Shown here one piece after another: positions 1 through 7,648 of a stretch of DNA of 56,856 nt (position 1 is its first letter; each line of letters begins with the position of its first letter). Position numbers and translations under genes: made by a program. The notes beneath the pieces are model-generated. The model made no database searches. It was not told the DNA's origin and saw nothing but the letters and a program-made list of their open reading frames with translations. Where the stretch lies: NCBI GenBank assembly GCA_964625245.1, contig CAZVAN010000002.1:1-56856 (forward strand), in the 5' to 3' direction. The stretch comes from an uncultured Candidatus Saccharibacteria bacterium. Lineage in GTDB: Bacteria > Patescibacteriota > Saccharimonadia > Saccharimonadales > UBA10212.

Positions 1-95
1 GCTTTTTGAAGGACAACTACGTTTTCCCTCAACGCCGCTTCTGGAGTAAATCCAGATTCCGCATTCTGCGGAACCGCGGCTACTACCTTTCCTTC
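1..95 (-). repeat. Structured repeat element, copy 1 (candidate ncRNA, truncated by window edge)
   Basis: About 75% identical to the reverse complement of 7556-7647. Hairpins 40-45/51-56 and 57-63/67-73 are enclosed by gccgc 34-38/gcggc 76-80. Stem 6-13/25-32 has a G-U pair only on the minus strand. Confidence 0.5.
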
Positions 96-150
96 TCGTT
101 TTAATATTCGGGGACGGGGTTAACCGTTACTATTTATAATATCACAAACT

Positions 151-173
151 GGCACTCTCATGTCAAGAGTGCC
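151..173 (-). terminator. Hairpin downstream of the nusA-orf99 operon (possible terminator)
   Basis: 8-bp stem ggcactct/agagtgcc with a 7-nt loop, 28 nt after the orf99 stop. The U tract on the minus strand is only partial (AGUUUGUGAU). Confidence 0.35.
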
Positions 174-200
174 AATTTATTTAGGTGGAGATTGTTTAGG

Positions 201-500
201 CTATCCCTTTGCCCACAGTCGCTCGTATATTGAACTGGCTGAATCATCCAGCATTTGGGCTCTAGTTACCAACGTGCCGATATGGCTTCGAATGGTATCG
301 TCATCGGCTGTCATCTCGCTGACTTTACAATCTACCATGACACCTAGCCACTGGGCCTCAATACGGCAAAGCGCGGCGTTAAACCGATCATCAACCGCCC
401 GGTCGGACATACTATTGTCCGATAGCGCTCCGTCCGGATGTACTTGGGACCGGAAAAAATTCAATCCGCTCTCTTCGTCTCGCGCCCTATATACGGTCAT
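201..500 (-). CDS. Hypothetical 99-aa protein translationally coupled to nusA
   Basis: Its ATG shares one base with the nusA TAA (TAATG). I recognise no family. Confidence 0.45.
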   Translation of the reverse strand: MTVYRARDEESGLNFFRSQVHPDGALSDNSMSDRAVDDRFNAALCRIEAQWLGVMVDCKVSEMTADDDTIRSHIGTLVTRAQMLDDSASSIYERLWAKG

Positions 501-1666
501 TATTGGCCGTGTTCCTCAATAGCTTTGAGCAAGCTGTCTTCCAGCTCAGTCTTCTTCTTCAGCTTCTGTACAACCGGCTTAGACTCAACGTTATCGGCCT
601 CTGGTTTTGCTTCAACTTCGGACTCGTCCTTCTCGGCTTCAACATCCAGTTCGTAACCAGTTAACTTGCCCGCCAGGCGGACGTTTTGGCCGGCCTTACC
701 AATGGCGATACTGAGTTGGTCTTCAGCAACTATGACTCGAGCTTTTTTGCCGTCCTTGTTAATCACAACTTTGGTGATGTTGGCCGGTTTCATGGCATTG
801 CTGACATAGGTCTCGGGCTTTTCGTCCCATACTACGATGTCAATCATCTCCTGGTTGCCAATTTCATCGCGCACGGCGTTGATCCTGGTGCCATGGCCAC
901 CCACAAAGGTGCCAACCGGGTCAACCCCCGGCACGTTGCTAGCTACGGCTATCTTACTGCGAACACCGGCCTCGCGGGCAATATCTTTAATCTCAACTGA
1001 GTTATTTTCCATCTCCGGCACTTCACCGCGGAATAGCTGGTCTACAAATTCTTTGTTGCCACGGCTAACAATTAGCTGCGGACCGCGAAAGCCTTTTTCA
1101 ACGTCTTTTAGGAAAAACTTCAGGCGTTGACCGGGGTAGTAACGCTCCCCCTGAATCTGCTCGCTGACTGGCATAATGCCCTGAGCGCGGCCCAGTTCAA
1201 CCCGGACCAAGCGGCCCTCAACCCGGTTAATTACACCGTTAACTAAGGTGCCGATTTTATCTTCATACTCGGCCAGTACAATTTCGCGCTCGGCTTCACG
1301 CAAGCGCTGCAAAATGACCTGCTTAGCGGTTTGAGCTGCCACCCGTCCAAAATCTTCCACTTTTTGAGTCACTTCAATTTGTTCACCAACCTTAATGTTC
1401 TTCTGTCTGACTTGGGCGGCCGACAAAGATATTTGGGACCGCTCGTCCTCTACAGTATCCACTACGTCTTTAGTTACAAAAGCTGTAACTTCCCCAGTGT
1501 TGAGGTTCATTGTTACCCGCACTTCTTGTTCGCGGTCTCCGTAGTCACGGCGCCAAGCGGCGGCCAGTGCCTGCTGCACAACATCTTGCACCTGGTCTTC
1601 ACTCAGGTTTTTTTCCTCAGCTATCACTTTGATTGCCTGGGCTAGTTGTTTAAAATCCATTTCCAT
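500..1666 (-). CDS. nusA: Transcription termination/antitermination factor NusA
   Basis: 388 aa with the N-terminal domain, S1 and KH layout. Motifs include GEQIEVTQKVEDFGRVAAQTAKQ and SIAIGKAGQNVRLAGKLTG. Confidence 0.93.
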   Translation of the reverse strand: MEMDFKQLAQAIKVIAEEKNLSEDQVQDVVQQALAAAWRRDYGDREQEVRVTMNLNTGEVTAFVTKDVVDTVEDERSQISLSAAQVRQKNIKVGEQIEVTQKVEDFGRVAAQTAKQVILQRLREAEREIVLAEYEDKIGTLVNGVINRVEGRLVRVELGRAQGIMPVSEQIQGERYYPGQRLKFFLKDVEKGFRGPQLIVSRGNKEFVDQLFRGEVPEMENNSVEIKDIAREAGVRSKIAVASNVPGVDPVGTFVGGHGTRINAVRDEIGNQEMIDIVVWDEKPETYVSNAMKPANITKVVINKDGKKARVIVAEDQLSIAIGKAGQNVRLAGKLTGYELDVEAEKDESEVEAKPEADNVESKPVVQKLKKKTELEDSLLKAIEEHGQ

Positions 1667-1705
1667 ATTTGCTACCTTTCAAAATTATTTTCCACCCTAT
1701 TTCAT

Positions 1706-1730
1706 CAAAAAATCCGACCTGACGGCCGGA
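1706..1730 (-). terminator. Intrinsic terminator-like hairpin upstream of nusA
   Basis: On the minus strand it reads tccggcc-gtca-ggtcgga followed by TTTTTTGA. The stem has one mismatch. Confidence 0.45.
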
Positions 1731-1773
1731 TCGATACAAGCATAAGTATACCTTAGGTTTATACTAATGGCAA

Positions 1774-2205
1774 GTGAGCAGTAGAAAATCAATTCCGAAG
1801 TTCAAGCCCAGTATTTATAAAATATCCGTTAAGCCCGGGCGAGAACTGGCCGAACTAGAAATAACTGGCCAAAAATTTGGGGCGCCCAATAAGCGGATAG
1901 AACTCTGCCAAAAGGGACTTAAAGTCCGTAGCGCCAAGATAACTTATCATCAAAAAAATACGGTGGTTGAGCATGAAGTAATCCGTATAAATCACCTGCC
2001 AACCTTTGAGCAGGTTAGACTGCACACCAACTCCCCTCTCTACCCCGGCAATTATCAAATCGTGCTCGAGTTTAGCCCCTATGACGCCGCTAAACTGAAG
2101 CAACTGGAAGGCGGTGATCTGTCTTCGCAAGCTCTGCGGGAGCTGCTGCCGTCGTTCGACAAGCAAGCGGCCCGGATTGATGCAAAAATAGAGATTACTA
2201 ATTAA
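1774..2205 (+). CDS. Orphan 143-aa protein resembling only the N-terminal beta-domain of M1 aminopeptidase N (possible gene remnant)
   Basis: GTG start. The pattern YKISVKP...ELEITG...IELCQKGLKV...GNYQIVLEFS resembles the M1 N-terminal domain. There is no HEXXH catalytic domain. The 3' end overlaps convergent yraN by 8 nt. Confidence 0.4.
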   Translation: MSSRKSIPKFKPSIYKISVKPGRELAELEITGQKFGAPNKRIELCQKGLKVRSAKITYHQKNTVVEHEVIRINHLPTFEQVRLHTNSPLYPGNYQIVLEFSPYDAAKLKQLEGGDLSSQALRELLPSFDKQAARIDAKIEITN

Positions 2206-2545
2206 TTTCCACAAGTTCTTCTAGCTTTAGTCGGCCGTCTTCACTGCTTACAGAGGCTACGCCTAATCTGTAATCGCCGGACCAGTTATGCTCAGAAGTC
2301 CAGATTTCAGCCGCAAATTTCATTTGTTTTAATTTCTTAGGCGTAATATATTCCAGCCCACTGCCCTGCGCCGCCTGGCTGCGATATTTGACTTCAACAA
2401 AAACTATAATCTTGTCTCGACAAGAAATAATGTCAATTTCGCACAGACGGCGCTTCCAGTTGCGGGCCAGTATTTTGTAGCCTAAGCGCTCCAACTCCTC
2501 AGCCACAAATTGTTCAGCCTGAACTCCAAGGCTGGTCGTATTCAT
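2198..2545 (-). CDS. yraN: YraN family (UPF0102) endonuclease-like protein
   Basis: 115 aa with GVQAEQFVAEELERLGYKILARNW..CEIDII....IVFVEVKYR, the typical YraN signature. Confidence 0.85.
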   Translation of the reverse strand: MNTTSLGVQAEQFVAEELERLGYKILARNWKRRLCEIDIISCRDKIIVFVEVKYRSQAAQGSGLEYITPKKLKQMKFAAEIWTSEHNWSGDYRLGVASVSSEDGRLKLEELVEIN

Positions 2546-3108
2546 GCCTCATTAGCCATTTCTTTAAAAGGGGCGAAGCTGAGGCGGTGCAGTTCATCGA
2601 TAGAGCCCAGTAATTTTATGGCTGCCAGGTGAGAAGCTGTGCCGTAACCAACATGCTTATCGAATCCATACTCCGGATAGGCCCTAGCGACGCCTTGCAT
2701 GTACCTATCCCGGGTAACCTTGGCATAAATACTGGCTGCCGAAACTATCGCCACCAGCTCATCGGCGCCAATAATCGTCTCCACATTTTTGAACTTGTCT
2801 GGTGCGTAGTTTATATGACCGTCTATTATAAGTTTCTCTGCTGGCAAAGCACCCAAAGCACTCAGTGCTCTCTTAACACCCAGTTTGGTAGCTGTTGTTA
2901 GTCCGTGTTCATCAATTTCGGCCGGCGATACCCAGCCCTCGCCAAGCTCACAACTGTTGGTTATTGATAAGTAGAGTTTTTCGCGTTGAGCTTTGCTTAG
3001 TTTTTTAGAGTCCCTTAACCCGAGCGGGAGTTCAGATATCTTCCTAGCTGCTACAACCAGCATCGGACCCGCCAAGCACCCCCGGCCAACCTCATCAATC
3101 CCAACCAT
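2542..3108 (-). CDS. rnhB: Ribonuclease HII
   Basis: 188 aa starting MVGIDEVGRGCLAGPM. There is a 4-nt overlap with yraN. Confidence 0.9.
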   Translation of the reverse strand: MVGIDEVGRGCLAGPMLVVAARKISELPLGLRDSKKLSKAQREKLYLSITNSCELGEGWVSPAEIDEHGLTTATKLGVKRALSALGALPAEKLIIDGHINYAPDKFKNVETIIGADELVAIVSAASIYAKVTRDRYMQGVARAYPEYGFDKHVGYGTASHLAAIKLLGSIDELHRLSFAPFKEMANEA

Positions 3109-3193
3109 GCTAGTAGCATAGATTAATTAAAGACATAAATAAATCAGTCTGCGTTATTTTTCACAGCCAACCAGGTAGCGCTTTTGCTAATTT

Positions 3194-3787
3194 ATGGGCG
3201 TGGGAGAACAACAGCGTAAGTCCCGAGACGACTTCGAGGTGGGTCTCCTCTTTGAGGACGAGGCCAGGCGGCTGAGGGTGCCGCTTCACGAGCTGCAGAT
3301 TGAGGCAGCTTCTATCTATTTGTCCCCAACCTACCCTAAATTACGAGATATTGGAGAAAGAAGACAAGCGTTAAACCTAAGTCTCGAAGCTCTGGACCAA
3401 CCACCCGAAAATAACTCTACTGTAATAGGTTTTAGGGTAGCTGAGGGAGCCTTTTTGATTGTCGACGAAGAAGAAATCCCCTACACCTCCTACCTGCAAA
3501 GTGGTCACAGCGGGTTTCCTGAGTTCTCAGGCTCCGGTATAAAGAAGCCAGACGATATTGTGGTGTTCAGTGAGTTTAGACTTTGCAGTCGTGAAGTTAA
3601 CAGGCTGGTGGTAGTAGAAATGGAAGTTGTCGAATTTCCTGATAAGAACTTTGCTGAAATAGTAGTCTCCCTACCCCCTCGACCAGAAGACAGTAAGTAT
3701 CTTACCTACAACAAACTTGTCCTTGACCCGCAGCATCATAGGATTGGTTTTATAGACTACGATGACCCCAAAATCGAAGTATTTTAA
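3194..3787 (+). CDS. Hypothetical protein (197 aa)
   Basis: Long ORF on the opposite strand to its neighbours. I recognise no family. Confidence 0.5.
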   Translation: MGVGEQQRKSRDDFEVGLLFEDEARRLRVPLHELQIEAASIYLSPTYPKLRDIGERRQALNLSLEALDQPPENNSTVIGFRVAEGAFLIVDEEEIPYTSYLQSGHSGFPEFSGSGIKKPDDIVVFSEFRLCSREVNRLVVVEMEVVEFPDKNFAEIVVSLPPRPEDSKYLTYNKLVLDPQHHRIGFIDYDDPKIEVF

Positions 3788-3810
3788 GAACCGGGCTGGG
3801 TTTATTTTTG

Positions 3811-4329
3811 TTATGCGGGTTCGGTTGGAGTTTCGGCGGTCGCGGCCTTGGCCTCAGCTTCTTCGGCTACTTTTTCGGCCTTGGCGGCCTCGGGATCATA
3901 GGATTCTAGTTTTTCTTCGTGGATTTTAGCTTCCTCTAGCTCAGCAACTTCGTCGTGGATGGTGTTAACAGCTTGGCGGTCAAAATCGATACTGCTCAAG
4001 CGAGCGCTTTTACCGGTTAGTTCGCGCATGTAGCTAAGATAGTTACGGCGCACACGGCTTCTTCGGACAATTTCAACTTTCAAAACGTTGGGTGAATGTA
4101 TTAGGTAGGTTTTTTCTACGCCAACACCGCTAGCTACGCGCCTAACGGTAAAGGTTTGGGTTAGGCTGCCACCGCGGCCAACTTTTATAACCAGCCCCTC
4201 AAATACCTGCACTCGCTCTTTGCCGCCTTCAACAATTTTTTGATGTACTTTAACGGTATCGCCGCTTTTTATTGCCACGACGGCCGATTTCTTCTGCATA
4301 TCACTAATTTGTTGGGCCACGCTCTTCAT
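3811..4329 (-). CDS. rplS: 50S ribosomal protein L19 with an acidic/Ala-rich C-terminal tail of about 55 aa
   Basis: L19 core GDTVKVHQKIVEGGKERVQVFEGLVI...RRVASGVGVEKTYLIHSP. The tail is rich in E, A and K. Confidence 0.9.
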   Translation of the reverse strand: MKSVAQQISDMQKKSAVVAIKSGDTVKVHQKIVEGGKERVQVFEGLVIKVGRGGSLTQTFTVRRVASGVGVEKTYLIHSPNVLKVEIVRRSRVRRNYLSYMRELTGKSARLSSIDFDRQAVNTIHDEVAELEEAKIHEEKLESYDPEAAKAEKVAEEAEAKAATAETPTEPA

Positions 4330-4380
4330 AATTCTCGGAGTATTCTACCTTATAACACCTTTGCTTGCAAGTCTCCTAGG

Positions 4381-5985
4381 CTAGCCAACTACTCTATAAA
4401 CTTCCTCTAGCGTGGTTAGCCCAGCTATGGCTTTTAGGATGCCATCCTGAAGCATAGTACGCATTCCCTCGCTGACGGCTTTCTCCTGGAGCATTTCGGC
4501 CGTGATCTGATTGGGCGGCAACTTTAGCAACTGTTGTACGCCCGGCGTCATAACCAACTGTTCACGCAAGGCCAACTGTCCGCCATAACCAAAGGGGTTG
4601 GCTTCTGACTTACCGGCTTTATACAGTGTAATTTGGTTAATGTCGGGCCTTGGAACATTGGGCGGCATGCTGGCAAGCACCATTTGCAGTTGTTGCTTCA
4701 ATGCCTCATCGGGCTGGTAGGCCTGCTTGGTGGAATCGTCCAGCCGGCGGACCAGGCGCTGGGCCATTACAAGGTGCATAGCACTGGCAAACAGTGGGTT
4801 CACTCCTACCATATCTAGCAAGCGTGTCAGGGCCGCGGCGGCGTTGGCGGCGTGAAAGGTACTTAGCACCAAATGGCCGGTCAGGGCGCCTTGCAGAGCT
4901 GTACGGGCCGTGTCTTGGTCGCGTATTTCACCTACCATCACTACATCCGGGTCAAGACGTAGCACGGCGCGCAGTTTTTCAGCAAAATTCTGATTGTCCA
5001 GCTGGCCCTCAACCGGTATTTGGACAATGCCGGCCATATTATATTCCACTGGATCCTCTAAGGTTATAATTTTGCGCTCCGGAGTGTTGAGGGTATTGAT
5101 TATCGAATAAAGAGTGGTGGTTTTACCAGAACCGGTTGGCCCAACCACCAGTACCATGCCGGTTGGGTGAGCTATAACATCGTTGACTACATGTGCTTCG
5201 TCAGCGCTTAAGCCGAGATTTTCAAGTTTGAAGAGCTCTAATTTTAGGTTAAATAGTCGCATCACGGCATCCATACCGTAAACCGTCGGTACTGTTTCAA
5301 CGCGCAGATTTAGAGTCACGTCTTCACCGGTAGCCAGCTTATACTGACGGCTGATATGGCCGGTTTGGGGTTCTTTGACGTTCAGCGATACATTAGCGGC
5401 GCTGGCCAGCGCCGCACTCAGATGACGGTATTTTTCCGGGGCAAGATAAGCTACCGGGTGTAGCACGCCGTCCACCCTAAACCTGATGCGGACATTCTCG
5501 CGTTGATTTTCTAGATGAATGTCGCTAGCTTTCAGTTGGTAAGCCTGCTGTACCAGGTAGGCCAGCATGTCGTCCGGGCGCACTCTATCAAGCGTGGCAC
5601 TAACCTGATCAACGAGGGTCTGGGCCGCCGCACCACTGGAAGTTATTGAAATATCCTGATACTCAACTTTTTTGGGTGGGTCGTAGAGCTTCATGTAGTC
5701 CATGTAGCCGCTCTCACTTATGATCGAAAAGTTCAGGCGCTGGTCGGTGAAACGTTTTTCTAGGGTATTAATTGTCTGCTGCGAAGTGTTTGTGGTGATA
5801 CCGAAGTGAATATAGTGAGCATCGGCTACAATCGGCACGGTTTTAAGTCTATAAAGCTCTTCGGTCGTCAGAATGTTTGGATATAGCTGCTTTTGGACAA
5901 TGTTAGTATCAATATATGGCAACCCCAGCACAGCCGCCCGGCGCTGCGTTGTTTGTTCCTCATTTTGGCGGACATCTATTGCCAT
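4381..5985 (-). CDS. pilB: Type IV pilus assembly ATPase PilB (GspE family)
   Basis: Walker A GPTGSGKTTT, plus the GspE N-terminal domain and Asp/His boxes. I trimmed the start to the MAIDVRQ ATG at 5985. The longer ORF to 6066 overlaps the divergent trmH-like gene. Confidence 0.88.
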   Translation of the reverse strand: MAIDVRQNEEQTTQRRAAVLGLPYIDTNIVQKQLYPNILTTEELYRLKTVPIVADAHYIHFGITTNTSQQTINTLEKRFTDQRLNFSIISESGYMDYMKLYDPPKKVEYQDISITSSGAAAQTLVDQVSATLDRVRPDDMLAYLVQQAYQLKASDIHLENQRENVRIRFRVDGVLHPVAYLAPEKYRHLSAALASAANVSLNVKEPQTGHISRQYKLATGEDVTLNLRVETVPTVYGMDAVMRLFNLKLELFKLENLGLSADEAHVVNDVIAHPTGMVLVVGPTGSGKTTTLYSIINTLNTPERKIITLEDPVEYNMAGIVQIPVEGQLDNQNFAEKLRAVLRLDPDVVMVGEIRDQDTARTALQGALTGHLVLSTFHAANAAAALTRLLDMVGVNPLFASAMHLVMAQRLVRRLDDSTKQAYQPDEALKQQLQMVLASMPPNVPRPDINQITLYKAGKSEANPFGYGGQLALREQLVMTPGVQQLLKLPPNQITAEMLQEKAVSEGMRTMLQDGILKAIAGLTTLEEVYRVVG

Positions 5986-6057
5986 AATTCTTACGTTTAA
6001 GTATAAAGCATTATCATTATCGTAACTACGACGAGATAGGCTATAGTGGCAGCAAAG

Positions 6058-6579
6058 ATGAAGCACTCAATTTACTTGATTATCCATAATGTCCGCTCCT
6101 GTTATAACGTCGGGAGTTTGCTGCGCAGCGCTGACGCCTTCGGTGTGAGCAAGGTCTACATGAGTGGCTATACTCCCTACCCACGTCTAAAAAATGACCC
6201 CCGTCTGCCGCATATCGCCGATAAAATGACCCGTCAAATACATAAGTCAGCTCTGGGAGCCGAGACAAGCGTTAGCTGGGCTTGGGAGCCAGACATTTTT
6301 GCACTCCTAGCCCGACTGACCAAAAATGGGGTTGAAATAGCTGCCCTCGAGCAAACCGAAACGGCCAAATCGTTGCCTGGCTATGGCACGCAAAAAGACA
6401 TCGCAATAATTGTTGGCAGAGAAGTTGAGGGCCTTGAGGAAGAAGTGCTTAAAGCAGTAGACGTGCACCTGCAAATACCGATGCTGGGCGCCAAAGAATC
6501 ATTAAACGTAGCCTCGGCCGGAGCGATTGCTCTTTATCAGTTGCGATTTAGTCTGCAAGAGATGGACAGATCTGGCTAA
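6058..6579 (+). CDS. TrmH/SpoU family RNA 2'-O-methyltransferase
   Basis: SpoU motifs NVGSLLRSADAFG, IIVGREVEGL and SLNVASAGAIALYQL. A GTG at 6046 is an alternative start. Confidence 0.85.
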   Translation: MKHSIYLIIHNVRSCYNVGSLLRSADAFGVSKVYMSGYTPYPRLKNDPRLPHIADKMTRQIHKSALGAETSVSWAWEPDIFALLARLTKNGVEIAALEQTETAKSLPGYGTQKDIAIIVGREVEGLEEEVLKAVDVHLQIPMLGAKESLNVASAGAIALYQLRFSLQEMDRSG

Positions 6580-6600
6580 TTTAGCTAAAATGTTTCTTAA

Positions 6601-7551
6601 ATGACCGCAAAAATAAAAAGTTCGCGCCAAAGCTCAACCAGCCACAAACATAAACCAAGTGGCACTAGCACTAAATCCTTTGAAAAGGTCTACTGGCCCT
6701 ATATCCCGCTTGTTTTGATAATGGGTCTGGTTGTGTTTCTGGCTTCCCAAAACGGCGTACTGGCTAGTGTTATAAAAAATCCGGCCGGAAACGTACTGGC
6801 TTACGCCACCAGTATCAGTCCTAGTGATTTACTGGCGGACACCAACTCGGCCAGAGCCGCTAGTAACATCAAGCCGCTTAAGACTAATCTGGAGCTGGCT
6901 AGAGCCGCCCAAGCTAAAGCCAATGATATGGCTAGCCGTAACTACTGGAGCCACAATACACCAGAAGGAAATCCGCCATGGGTCTTTGTGGAGGCCCAGG
7001 GCTATAATTACCAAAAAATCGGCGAGAACCTGGCGGCCGGCTTCAGCGACTCCCAGGCTACCATCAACGGTTGGATGGCCAGCCCAGAGCACAAAGCCAA
7101 TATGTTAGACCCGCTATTTAACGAGGTTGGCTTTGGTTTTGCCAATAACCCCAACTACACTTCGACCGGCAATAACGGCCCAATGACTATAGTTGTGGCC
7201 TATTACGGCGAACCGACTCCCGGAGCAGCTACGGTTGCCGCCGTAGCGCCATCTCAAATAAATGGCGCCTCTCAAGTTACCCCGTCTACCATTGGCCTAA
7301 GCCCACAATCAACCAGTCGAGCCCAGCTAGCCTTAGCCGGCTCACCGGTAGCTCGCTATAGCACTTGGCTGGCAGTTGTCGGTCTGACAGCTGTCATCTC
7401 AATCTGGCTGAGCCGCCACGTCCGAGCACTTCGACGGGTTGCTATAGAGGGCGAAAGTTTTGTGATTTCACACCCACTGTTTGACGTAGGTCTGCTGCTG
7501 CTTGGTTTTGCTTTTTATACATTGACTCGAACCGTCGGCCTGATTCTTTAG
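6601..7551 (+). CDS. Membrane-anchored CAP (SCP/PR-1, YkwD-like) domain protein
   Basis: N-terminal TM helix and a CAP core (NYWSHNTPEG...GENLAAGF...GWMASPEHKANML). The C-terminus is hydrophobic. Confidence 0.8.
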   Translation: MTAKIKSSRQSSTSHKHKPSGTSTKSFEKVYWPYIPLVLIMGLVVFLASQNGVLASVIKNPAGNVLAYATSISPSDLLADTNSARAASNIKPLKTNLELARAAQAKANDMASRNYWSHNTPEGNPPWVFVEAQGYNYQKIGENLAAGFSDSQATINGWMASPEHKANMLDPLFNEVGFGFANNPNYTSTGNNGPMTIVVAYYGEPTPGAATVAAVAPSQINGASQVTPSTIGLSPQSTSRAQLALAGSPVARYSTWLAVVGLTAVISIWLSRHVRALRRVAIEGESFVISHPLFDVGLLLLGFAFYTLTRTVGLIL

Positions 7552-7555
7552 TTTA

Positions 7556-7647
7556 GGGAAAGGGAGTAGCCGCGGTCAGCCTTTGGCTGATTCGGATTCA
7601 TTCCGAAAGCGGCGTTGAAGGAAAACCGTAGGTTGTCCTTCAAAAGC
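7556..7647 (+). repeat. Structured repeat element, copy 2 (candidate ncRNA)
   Basis: P1 7569-7573/7609-7613 encloses hairpins 7576-7581/7585-7590 and 7591-7596/7602-7607. A further hairpin follows at 7615-7622/7636-7643. It fills the gap between two convergent stop codons. Confidence 0.55.
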
Positions 7648-7648
7648 C

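Noticed and set aside
160-522. Plus-strand 120-aa ORF, and many other track ORFs antisense to or nested in large genes (for example 8783-9115, 15376-15930, 25662-26168, 27862-28254, 34476-34862, 49736-50074)
   Set aside because: They lie entirely opposite or inside strongly recognisable conserved genes, are low-complexity or Ser/Arg/Leu-rich, and have no independent signals. I treated them as shadow ORFs.
3148-3166. Possible degenerate solitary copy of the junction repeat (tctGCGTTATTTTTcac) upstream of the orphan ORF at 3194
   Set aside because: Only about 10 of 18 positions match, and both the GC-rich half and the GAG are missing. This could be chance in an AT-rich spacer.
5986-6066. N-terminal extensions of track ORFs: pilB to 6066, pilin to 19951, tktC to 25605, NUDIX to 29863, Ldt to 40491, ZIP to 41251, zur to 41214, metK to 51969
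   Set aside because: The extensions overlap neighbouring genes or the SAM riboswitch and lack family-like sequence. Internal ATGs match the conserved N-termini.
7556-7647. tRNA or tRNA-like identity for the structured repeats
   Set aside because: There is no GTTCRANYC T-loop, no D-loop consensus and no acceptor stem geometry.
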